A DNA stretch of 64,000 nt, taken from Elusimicrobiota bacterium (GTDB lineage: Bacteria; Elusimicrobiota; Elusimicrobia; UBA1565; JACRDR01). A program made the position numbers and the translations under genes. Shown piece by piece: positions 9,155 to 16,615 of the stretch; position 1 is the first letter of the stretch, and each line of letters begins with the position of its first letter. The notes beneath the pieces are model-generated. The model searched no databases. It was given only the letters and a program-made list of their open reading frames with translations, and had not been told where the DNA came from. Location of the stretch: contig JACQBA010000012.1 in assembly GCA_016194745.1 (NCBI GenBank), positions 9,165 through 73,164 on the forward strand, written 5' to 3'.

Positions 9155-10042
9155 GCGCCCGCGCAGGTCCGCGTCGGTCGACAGGCGCACGATCGCCCGC
9201 TCCAGCGCCGCGGCGTCGCGCGGCGCTACGAGCAGTCCGGACCGTCCGTGCGCGACGGCGTCGGGGACGCCGCCCACGCGCGTCGCGACGACGGGCAGCC
9301 CGGCCGCCATGGCTTCGAGGACGGCCATCGGCATGTTCTCCCGCCTCGACGGGTGCGCGAGCAGAAGGCTCGTGCGCATGAGCCGTAGCGTCGCGGCCGG
9401 GCTCCGGCGCCCCAAGAAACGCGCCTTGCCGTCGAGCCCGAGGGCGCGCGCGAAGCGGCGCATGCGCCCGCCCATCTGGTCGGGGCCGCAGATCTCGAGC
9501 CTGAGGCCCGGGACGCGCCGTGCGGCGCCCGCGAAGGCCATGAGCAGGATGTCGATCCCCTTATATGCCGCGACGCGCCCGACCGCGAGCACGACGGGAC
9601 GCCGAGCGCTTCGCGCGGGCGACGGCGGCAGGTCGGTCCCGTTCGGGACGCAGGCGAGGCGCGTCGCGAGCTCCGGAAAGCGCGCGCGCAGCTCGCGGAC
9701 CCCGGCGCGGGAGACGGCGGTCGTCCGCGCCGCGAGGCGGGCGACTCGGCGGAACGTTCCGGGCCGCTCGAGGAGGGACGTCGACGCCCCTTGATGCGTG
9801 ACGACGAGATTCGTCCCCGGCGGGAAGCGGACCCGGTCGAGAAAGGCGAAGCCGCGGCTGAAGTAATGGAGGTGGCAGACGTCGGGCCGCAGCCGCGCGA
9901 GCGCCCGCTCCAGGTCCCGCGCGCTCCGCGGCGCGTGGACGGAGACCGACGTCCCGGCGCGGGCGAACTGCTTTCCGAGAGACTGAAGCACGCGGCGGTG
10001 CGCGGGGTCCCCGGCCGAGGGCGCTACGAGGAGGACTCGCAT
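9035..10042 (-). CDS. Glycosyltransferase family 4 (GT-B)
   Basis: Start at Met167 of ORF 9035..10540 (MRVLLVAPS...). Motifs RRENMPMAVLEAMAAGLPVVATRVGGVPD and a C-terminal FSWSAVAARY. Confidence 0.85.
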   Translation of the reverse strand: MRVLLVAPSAGDPAHRRVLQSLGKQFARAGTSVSVHAPRSARDLERALARLRPDVCHLHYFSRGFAFLDRVRFPPGTNLVVTHQGASTSLLERPGTFRRVARLAARTTAVSRAGVRELRARFPELATRLACVPNGTDLPPSPARSARRPVVLAVGRVAAYKGIDILLMAFAGAARRVPGLRLEICGPDQMGGRMRRFARALGLDGKARFLGRRSPAATLRLMRTSLLLAHPSRRENMPMAVLEAMAAGLPVVATRVGGVPDAVAHGRSGLLVAPRDAAALERAIVRLSTDADLRGRLSAAARSRAERFSWSAVAARYRSLYADVLRERGVPRGRS

Positions 10043-10050
10043 TTGGAAGG

Positions 10051-12024
10051 CTAGCGCTTGCGGCGCGAGGCGGCGCGGGCCTCGTGCTCGCGCCGGATCT
10101 GTCCGAGCACGCCGGCGATCCGTCGGCGCGCCGGCTCGAACGCCTGGTTGCGCGCGAGCGCGGCGCGGTAATGCGCGAGCGCGCCCTCGCGGTCGCCCTT
10201 TTTCTCGAGCATGGTTCCGTAGGCGTATTCGGGGAGCGCGTCTTGGGGCGCGGCCGTGCGCAGCGCGCGCTCGTAGCAGACGCGCGCGTCGTCGAACTTC
10301 CCGTTGTCGCGGTAAAGCGCGCCGAGGTTGACCCACGCCTCCGTGTAGGCGGGCTCCAAGGCGACCGCCTCGCGGTACTTGTCGACGGCGCGCGCGTCGG
10401 CGCCGGTGGCGGCGAGGAACATGGCGTGCACGGCGCGCGGAGCCGGGTCCTTCGGCGAGGCGCTCTCGGCCTTGAGAAAGCTCTCCTCCGCGCGCGCGGC
10501 GTCTCCCAGCCCGGCGTAGGCGCGGGCGAGGCCGAGCCACGCCTCGGTGAAGGCTGGGCGGCGCTCGATCCCCTTCAGGAACTGGTCCGCGGCTTCGCGG
10601 AACTTCCCTTCTTCAAGGAAGAGGTTGCCGCGCACGAGACTCGCGCCCGAGTTCTGGGGCGTCCCGCGGGTCGCGGAGAAGTACAGGGAACGGTCGTCGC
10701 GCCAGTCCAGGTTGCGGCGCACCGTGCGCGCGCCGAATGCCGCGGCGACGACGAGCCCTAAAGCCACGGGCGCGGACAGCTCCAGCGCGCCGGCCGAGCG
10801 CCGCCTAGGCCAAGTCGCGGCGGCCGCCTCGGCGGCCCAGGCGGCGGCGAGCGCGACGGCGGCCGCCGCGAGGTAGAGGTAGCGCTCGGCGACGGGGTTA
10901 TAGAGCGGGATCACGTTGCTCACCGGAAGCAGCGCGGCCAGGCACCAGACGGCGGCGAACGCGAGGCCCGGTCGCCGTCGCCGCAGCGCCACGGCGGCGG
11001 CGGCGAGCGCGAGGAGACCGGCGGCGCCGGCGAGCGCGCCCGGGTCCCGCCAGGCGGCCGCGACGACCGGCGCTCGATCGACCGCCAACGCAAGCGGAAA
11101 GACGAGGAGCCCCAGATACGTGAAGGCGGCCCGGGCCATCGTCGCGGCGAGAGCCGCGCGGTCCGCGAACAGGGAATTCCACTCCCACGCGGACGGCGTC
11201 ATGATGTGTCCGCGTTCGAGACCTAGGAGAAGCGAGCCCGGTCCGGGCGCGGTCGGCATGGCGGCGGCGATGCGCTCCGCCGCGGACCGCATCGCGGAGG
11301 CGGTCTCCATCCCGCCGTAGTGGAAGCGCGTCGACCAAAAGCCCGCGTACGCGCAGCCGACGACGGCGAACGCGGCGAACGCGACGGCGCCGCGAAGCAG
11401 GCGGCCGCGCGGCGCGGGGAACAGGTACTCGACGGCCACGATCAGGAATGGAAGGGACGCCGCCATCTCTTTGGACAAGAGCGCGAGCCCGAAGGCGGCC
11501 GCCGCGCCGCCGACCAGCGCCAAGTCGCGCCTCGGCGGGGCCTCCCGCGCCCTGAGGTAGAGAAGGAGCGACGTGAGCAGGAACAGCGTCGACAGGAGGT
11601 CCGCGCGGAAGCTCACCGCGTTGACGGCCTCCGTCGCGGCGGGATGAAGGCCGAAGAGGAGCGTCCCGAGGAACGCGGGCGCCGGGGCAAGGCCGAGCCC
11701 GAGGGCCAGCGCAAAGACGAGGACCGCGTTCGCCGCGTGGAGGACCGCGCTCGTCAGATGATAGCCGCCGGGGCGTCCGCCCCACAGCGCGCGGTCGACG
11801 AGCAGCGAGCCGAGGAACACCGGGCGTTCGCCCACGAGCACCTCGTGGGTCCCGAGATAGAAGCGCGGACTCAGCAGCACGCGCAGGTTGCGGGGGGATT
11901 GGACGAAGGGATTCCCCTCGACGTAAATGTGATCGTCGCCGACGAAGCCGTTGCGCAGCGTGACCGCGTAGGCGGCCAGGATGAGGGCGGCGAGGAGCCC
12001 GGCCAAGCGCGCGTGGCGGCGCAT
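10051..12024 (-). CDS. Multi-pass membrane protein with C-terminal TPR repeats (TMTC/PMT-like architecture)
   Basis: Start at Met65 (MRRHARLAGLLAALILAAY). About 10 hydrophobic helices are followed by TPR-like repeats (AWLGLARAYAGLGD, AWVNLGALYRDNGKFDDA, GALAHYRAAL). Confidence 0.75.
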   Translation of the reverse strand: MRRHARLAGLLAALILAAYAVTLRNGFVGDDHIYVEGNPFVQSPRNLRVLLSPRFYLGTHEVLVGERPVFLGSLLVDRALWGGRPGGYHLTSAVLHAANAVLVFALALGLGLAPAPAFLGTLLFGLHPAATEAVNAVSFRADLLSTLFLLTSLLLYLRAREAPPRRDLALVGGAAAAFGLALLSKEMAASLPFLIVAVEYLFPAPRGRLLRGAVAFAAFAVVGCAYAGFWSTRFHYGGMETASAMRSAAERIAAAMPTAPGPGSLLLGLERGHIMTPSAWEWNSLFADRAALAATMARAAFTYLGLLVFPLALAVDRAPVVAAAWRDPGALAGAAGLLALAAAAVALRRRRPGLAFAAVWCLAALLPVSNVIPLYNPVAERYLYLAAAAVALAAAWAAEAAAATWPRRRSAGALELSAPVALGLVVAAAFGARTVRRNLDWRDDRSLYFSATRGTPQNSGASLVRGNLFLEEGKFREAADQFLKGIERRPAFTEAWLGLARAYAGLGDAARAEESFLKAESASPKDPAPRAVHAMFLAATGADARAVDKYREAVALEPAYTEAWVNLGALYRDNGKFDDARVCYERALRTAAPQDALPEYAYGTMLEKKGDREGALAHYRAALARNQAFEPARRRIAGVLGQIRREHEARAASRRKR

Positions 12025-12037
12025 CCGCCTTACGCTC

Positions 12038-12871
12038 TCACTCGAGCGGCCCCTCGAAGTAGAAATACGGCTCGCCGTTGGCGTGCTTTCGGCGGATCGG
12101 CATGTCGGGCCGCTTCGAGAGGGCCGAGTAGTGCGCGATGAGCGCGCGTCGCGTCGTCCCCGGGACGCGCGGGGGAGAGCCGCGATGAATGAGATTGGAA
12201 TGCCACACGAGCGCATCGCCCCGCTTCGGCAGGTACGTCTCGATCTTGGCCCGCCGCCGCGCGATCTCCTCGCGGCAGGCCGACGCGACCCAGCCCTGCG
12301 TGCGCGACGGCCACGCGGGATGGTCCTGCTCGTCGGGCGTCAGATACTGGAACACGAGGTGGCGTCGGATGGCGGGCCAGCGATGCGAGCCGGGGACGAA
12401 CTGGAACGGTCCCGAGTCCGGATGGATGTCCTCGAGCGCCATCCAGACCGCGGCGTAATGGGTGCCGACGAACGCGGGATTGAGATAGGTGTCCTGATGG
12501 AAGTCCCGTTCGGTGGAGATCCACCCCGTGAGGTTCAAGTGCAGTCCGACCGGCTCGCCGATGAGCTCGCGCAGCGCGTCCATGAGGGGCGGGTGGAGGC
12601 AGAGGTCCCGGAGTTCCTTCACGTGCACGTAGGGAGAGGGCGACCGCCACCCTCCCGGGTCCGAGTGCTTCGCTCGGACCGCCGTGTAGGCGTCGATGAG
12701 TCCGTCGGGCAGCAGTCCGGGCAGACGCACGGCGCCATGCCGCCACCACTCTCGGGCGAGCCCGCGCTTGGGCGCCGCGGCGGCGCGATCGATCGGCGCG
12801 AGCAGGTGCTTCGAGCGCACTCGGTCGGTGATGTCGGGCCAGCGGATCGCGTGTTGTTTTCCGAAGCTCAT
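12038..12871 (-). CDS. Phytanoyl-CoA dioxygenase (PhyH) family Fe(II)/2-oxoglutarate oxygenase
   Basis: WISTERDFHQDTY (H-x-D), ALEDIHPDSGPFQFVPGSH, VWHSNLIHRGS. Confidence 0.8.
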   Translation of the reverse strand: MSFGKQHAIRWPDITDRVRSKHLLAPIDRAAAAPKRGLAREWWRHGAVRLPGLLPDGLIDAYTAVRAKHSDPGGWRSPSPYVHVKELRDLCLHPPLMDALRELIGEPVGLHLNLTGWISTERDFHQDTYLNPAFVGTHYAAVWMALEDIHPDSGPFQFVPGSHRWPAIRRHLVFQYLTPDEQDHPAWPSRTQGWVASACREEIARRRAKIETYLPKRGDALVWHSNLIHRGSPPRVPGTTRRALIAHYSALSKRPDMPIRRKHANGEPYFYFEGPLE

Positions 12872-12936
12872 GAGGGAGGAGTCGGTGCGCGGCGGAATTT
12901 CGATTTGATAATATAATAAACGTTCTCGGAGACAAA

Positions 12937-13674
12937 GTGCTCAAGACCGCCGCCAGACGCATCGCCGGAGACCTCGCCTACACGGACGACGCCCGAACGG
13001 CGGCCCGTCTTCGGGAGGCCAACCGCCGCCGGCATTTCCGCGAGCTGGCCGAGTCGTGGGACCTGTGGTACGAGCTCTTCTTCCACAAGGACCCGCCGGA
13101 CATGACGCGCGCGGAGTACGAGGCGCTGAGCCAGCGCGAGGCGGACCGCCTGCGGCCCTATCTCTCTCCCGAGTCCCGGTTTCTCGACCTGGGCTGCGGC
13201 GGCGGCAGAATCCTCCGCCGCGTCGCGCCCTGGTGCGCCGAGGCGCACGGAGCCGACATCTCGAACCGGGCGCTCGAGCACGCCCGGGAGGCCTGCCGGG
13301 CCCACGCCAACGTCAGGCTCCACCTTGTCGCCGATTGGACGTTGGACGTCGGCGGCCGGCCCTTCGATCTCGTCTTCTGCCACTTGATGCTGTCCCACGT
13401 GGACGTCGAGCCCGCGGTCGCCTACCTTCAGGAGGTCCGGCGCGTCCTCAAACCGGCGGGCCGTCTCGTCTTCGACCTGCCCAACCTGCTCCATCCGGAC
13501 AATCTGTCCGGGCTCCTGCGGCCCGAGAGCTCCAACTGGCCGAGCCCGCACCGCCACCGCTACTGGACCGAGGAGATGGCCCGCGCGGTGTGCGGCGCGG
13601 CCGGATTCTTCGTGGAGGAGATCGCCGCCGGGCGGTTTCTCGAGATTCGCGCCTCCAGGGCGCAGCCGTCTTAA
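12937..13674 (+). CDS. Class I SAM-dependent methyltransferase
   Basis: FLDLGCGGGRILRRV motif I, FDLVFCHLMLSHV, LKPAGRLVF. GTG start. Confidence 0.8.
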   Translation: MLKTAARRIAGDLAYTDDARTAARLREANRRRHFRELAESWDLWYELFFHKDPPDMTRAEYEALSQREADRLRPYLSPESRFLDLGCGGGRILRRVAPWCAEAHGADISNRALEHAREACRAHANVRLHLVADWTLDVGGRPFDLVFCHLMLSHVDVEPAVAYLQEVRRVLKPAGRLVFDLPNLLHPDNLSGLLRPESSNWPSPHRHRYWTEEMARAVCGAAGFFVEEIAAGRFLEIRASRAQPS

Positions 13675-13683
13675 TGTTATAAT
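13675..13683 (+). promoter_or_regulatory. Extended -10 element (TGTTATAAT) ahead of the PqqD/rSAM operon
   Basis: TGTTATAAT lies immediately after the methyltransferase stop, 44 nt before the GTG at 13728. That GTG has an SD (GGGAGGA). Confidence 0.3.
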
Positions 13684-13727
13684 CCCGCCGACGTCGAGCA
13701 GCGATCACCGATCGGGAGGACACCGCC

Positions 13728-14015
13728 GTGGCCGAGAAAGCGACGCTCAGCAAGGGCACGTGGAAGCACAGCCGCCGCATCGCCTGGCGGAAAGTGGGCG
13801 ACGAGGCGATCATCTTGGACGTGGAGACCGCGGTCTACTTCTCCCTGAGCGGGGCCGGGCTCCGGATGTGGGAGCTTCTCGGCGAGGGACGCGCGGCCGC
13901 CGAGATCGCGGGCGTCCTCGCGGAGGAATTCGACGCGGATGAGGACGAGTTGGCGGAGGACTGCGCCGAGCTTGCCGCGAAGCTGCAAAAGGAGCGGCTG
14001 ATCGAGCGGGCGTGA
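13728..14015 (+). CDS. PqqD-family protein (RiPP-recognition-element-like peptide chaperone)
   Basis: IAWRKVGDEAIILDVETAVYFSLSGAGLRMWELLGEGRAAAEIAGVLAEEFDADEDELAEDCAELAAKL fits the PqqD pattern (W..v.de.vl.d...g.y..Ln..g..iW.ll). Confidence 0.8.
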   Translation: MAEKATLSKGTWKHSRRIAWRKVGDEAIILDVETAVYFSLSGAGLRMWELLGEGRAAAEIAGVLAEEFDADEDELAEDCAELAAKLQKERLIERA

Positions 14016-15331
14016 TCGTCTTCGTCGATCCGCCCAGCCCGCCCGGGTTCATCGCGTTCCGTCACTCCCACGGCGGCTACGGGGAGTGCTGCAAGACCAG
14101 CCGTCTCAAGTTCCCGACCCTGGACCTGTTCCATTCCGCCTCGCTCCTGCTCGACCGGGGCTACGCGGCGTCCGTCGTCGACTCCGTCCTTCTCGATCAC
14201 GGAATCGACCAGTGCGTCGACGCGGTCCTGTCGAAGCGGCCCGAGGCCGTCGTGCTGCGCACGGCGTCCGGCTCCTGCCCGCACGATCTGGAGACCGCCC
14301 GCGCCCTCCGGCGGCGCTTCGACGGTCCGATCGTTTTCTACGGCCCGCACGCCGAGGTGGAAGCCGACGCGATCCTGAAGTCCGGCCCGGTGGACGCCGT
14401 CTTGTACGGCGAGGCCCCGTTCCCATTCCTCGACCTGGCGGAGAGGAGGCGCGTCGAGCGGCTCGCGTCCTTTCGCTCGCGTCGCATGACGCGGGCGCCG
14501 GCCAAGGCCTCGATGCCCGACGTGGACGCGCTCCCGATCCCGCGGTGGGACCTGGTGGACTACCGCAAGTATTCCTACGTCACCGCGCAGACCAGCTGGG
14601 GCTGCCCATTCCGCTGCGGCTACTGTCCGTACCCCGTCACTCAGGGCGAGGCGTGGCGCGCGCGCTCCGTCGCGTCGGTCGTCGAGGAGTTCGAGGCGCT
14701 GCGCGACCGCTACGGGCTGCGCTTCGTCCTCCTGCGCGACCCCGAGTTCACGCTGGACCGCGAGCGGACGCAGGCGCTGTGCCGGGCGCTGATCCGGGCG
14801 GGCGTCCCGATCACCTGGGGCTGCGAGACGCGGCTCGACACGCTCGACGACGCGCTCGCCGCGCTGATGGCGGAGGCCGGCTGCATGCGCGTCGCCTTCG
14901 GCGTCGAGACGATCCACGAGCCGGCGCTCAGGGCCATGGGGCGCAAGTCCCCGCGACCGGCCGAGATCCGGGCGAAGGTCGAGGGACTCAAGCGCCTCGG
15001 GATGCTCACCTACGCGATGTACATCGTCGGTCTGCCGGGCGAGACGGCGGAGAGCGCGCGCCGGACGGCCGAGTTCGCGCTCGAGTTGGACACGAACGCG
15101 GCCTCGTTTTCGATGGCGACGCCGTTTCCCGGCACGAGGCTCGAGGCGCTGGGACGCGAGCGCGGCGCGACCCAAGCGGAGGACCCGCTCCATCTGACGG
15201 GCTGCGTGCCGTCGATGCGCACCGAGACGCTGAGCATGAACGAGGTCGAGAGGCTCTATTTGTCGGCGAAAGGATCATGGAACGGACGAAAGCGAGACGC
15301 GCGGTCATCCGCGCCTTCAAGCCGTCTCTAG
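14012..15331 (+). CDS. B12-binding-domain radical SAM enzyme (class B)
   Basis: GTGA-coupled to the PqqD gene. An N-terminal Rossmann-like B12-binding region (VVLRTASGSCPHDLETARALRRRF..IVFYGPHA) is followed by SWGCPFRCGYCPYP (CX3CX2C). No Cys-rich SPASM tail. Confidence 0.85.
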   Translation: MIVFVDPPSPPGFIAFRHSHGGYGECCKTSRLKFPTLDLFHSASLLLDRGYAASVVDSVLLDHGIDQCVDAVLSKRPEAVVLRTASGSCPHDLETARALRRRFDGPIVFYGPHAEVEADAILKSGPVDAVLYGEAPFPFLDLAERRRVERLASFRSRRMTRAPAKASMPDVDALPIPRWDLVDYRKYSYVTAQTSWGCPFRCGYCPYPVTQGEAWRARSVASVVEEFEALRDRYGLRFVLLRDPEFTLDRERTQALCRALIRAGVPITWGCETRLDTLDDALAALMAEAGCMRVAFGVETIHEPALRAMGRKSPRPAEIRAKVEGLKRLGMLTYAMYIVGLPGETAESARRTAEFALELDTNAASFSMATPFPGTRLEALGRERGATQAEDPLHLTGCVPSMRTETLSMNEVERLYLSAKGSWNGRKRDARSSAPSSRL

Positions 15332-16404
15332 GCGAGTGCGAAGGGGACGCCCTGCGCGAGGCCGTGTCGAGCGGCTGGCTTGGGACGGGCATCTACACGC
15401 GGCTGTTCGAGTCGGCGCTGTCGAGGGACGTCGGCGGGCGCAGCGTCCTCGCGACGAACTCCGGGACGGCGGCGCTGCACCTGGCGCTCGCGGCCATGCG
15501 CGTCGAGGGAGGAGAGGTCCTCACGACCCCCGTCACCAGCGTCGCGACGAGCCACGCCATCTTGTACAACCGCGCCTTTCCTGTTTTCTGCGACGTGGAC
15601 CCGGAGACCGGGAACATCGACCCCGGCGCGATCGAGGCCTCCGTCACCCGGCGCACCCGAGCGATCGTGGTCGTCCACCTGGGCCACGCGTGCGACATGG
15701 ACCGCATCCTCGAGATCGCGAAGGCGCGCCGGCTCCTCGTGTTGGAGGACGTCTGCGCCTGCCACGCGGTGGGAGGCTCCTATAACGGGCGACCGCTCGG
15801 CACGATGGGAGACGCGGCGTGCTTCAGCTTCGGGCGCTTCAAGGGGCTCACCACGTTGGACGGCGGCGCGGTCGCCTGCGCCCGGGCGGAGTGGACCGAG
15901 CGCATGGTCCGCCTGCGCCGCATGGGCCACGGGGAGCGGGACGGCCGGATGGCGGAGGGCGAAGGCGGCGTCGAGGAACTGGGCTTTCACTACCGAATGA
16001 ACGATCTCGCGGCGGTGCTGGGACTCAGCCAGCTCCGGCGGCGGGGAGAGATCCAAGAGCGGCTCGACGAGATTCTGAGGATCTACGCGGACGGCTTGTC
16101 GGGCGTCTCGTTTCTGCGCGCGCCCAAGGCCGAGGCGTACTCGCGGGGCGTGCGCGCCTACGCCGCGTATCGGGTCCTCGGAGGACGGCGGGACGCGCTG
16201 CGCCGGCATCTCGCGGACCGCGGGATAGAGGTCAACGACGTCCTCTTTCCCAATCATCGCTACGCGCTCTACCGGCGCCATCGGCGGAAGCTGCCGGCCG
16301 CGGACCGCTTCTGCGCCGAGATGCTGCACCTGCCGTTCTACCCGGGTCTTTCCGACGGCGACGCCGATCGCGTCGTCGACACGATCCGGAAGTTCAGGGG
16401 ATAG
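15277..16404 (+). CDS. DegT/DnrJ/EryC1/StrS-family PLP-dependent aminotransferase
   Basis: Internal ATG with an AAAGGA SD; overlaps the rSAM 3' end by 55 nt. Motifs NSGTAALHLAL, PVTSVATSHAILY and CFSFGRFKGLT (candidate PLP lysine). Confidence 0.85.
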   Translation: MERTKARRAVIRAFKPSLGECEGDALREAVSSGWLGTGIYTRLFESALSRDVGGRSVLATNSGTAALHLALAAMRVEGGEVLTTPVTSVATSHAILYNRAFPVFCDVDPETGNIDPGAIEASVTRRTRAIVVVHLGHACDMDRILEIAKARRLLVLEDVCACHAVGGSYNGRPLGTMGDAACFSFGRFKGLTTLDGGAVACARAEWTERMVRLRRMGHGERDGRMAEGEGGVEELGFHYRMNDLAAVLGLSQLRRRGEIQERLDEILRIYADGLSGVSFLRAPKAEAYSRGVRAYAAYRVLGGRRDALRRHLADRGIEVNDVLFPNHRYALYRRHRRKLPAADRFCAEMLHLPFYPGLSDGDADRVVDTIRKFRG

Positions 16405-16412
16405 GGGGACGA

Positions 16413-16523
16413 ATGCCGTCCAAGAAGCCGAAGAAAGCCGCCGCCAAGAAGCGCGGCAAGAGAAAATACCAGAAGCCGGACCTGGTGAAGCACGGCGTCC
16501 TGTCGATCATCGAAGGCGACTAA
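16413..16523 (+). CDS. 36-aa Lys-rich small peptide (candidate precursor peptide)
   Basis: MPSKKPKKAAAKKRGKRKYQKPDLVKHGVLSIIEGD. An AGGGGGA SD sits 5 nt upstream, and the gene starts 9 nt after the DegT stop. 31 of 35 third positions are G/C, matching genome coding bias. The stop is 7 nt before a 30-bp-stem hairpin. Confidence 0.5.
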   Translation: MPSKKPKKAAAKKRGKRKYQKPDLVKHGVLSIIEGD

Positions 16524-16530
16524 CCCCGCC

Positions 16531-16615
16531 GGTGCCAGGTTTTCACTAATTCTCCTAACTCTCCTAATTCTCCGAAAGTTAGGCGAGTTAGGAGAATTAG
16601 TGAAAACCTGGCACC
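16531..16615. repeat. 85-bp low-GC palindromic repeat, copy 1 (MITE/REP-like)
   Basis: ggtgccaggttttcactaattctcctaact (16531..16560) is the perfect reverse complement of 16586..16615. A 25-nt centre has inner cctaa/ttagg pairing. Identical at 84 of 85 positions to 38401..38485. Confidence 0.92.

Noticed and set aside
13728-16404. Reading the PqqD/rSAM cassette as a PQQ or mycofactocin locus.
   Set aside because: There is no PqqA-like (E-x3-Y) or MftA-like (C-terminal GVY) peptide, no PqqB/C or MftD/E/F genes, and the rSAM is a B12-binding class-B enzyme without a SPASM domain.
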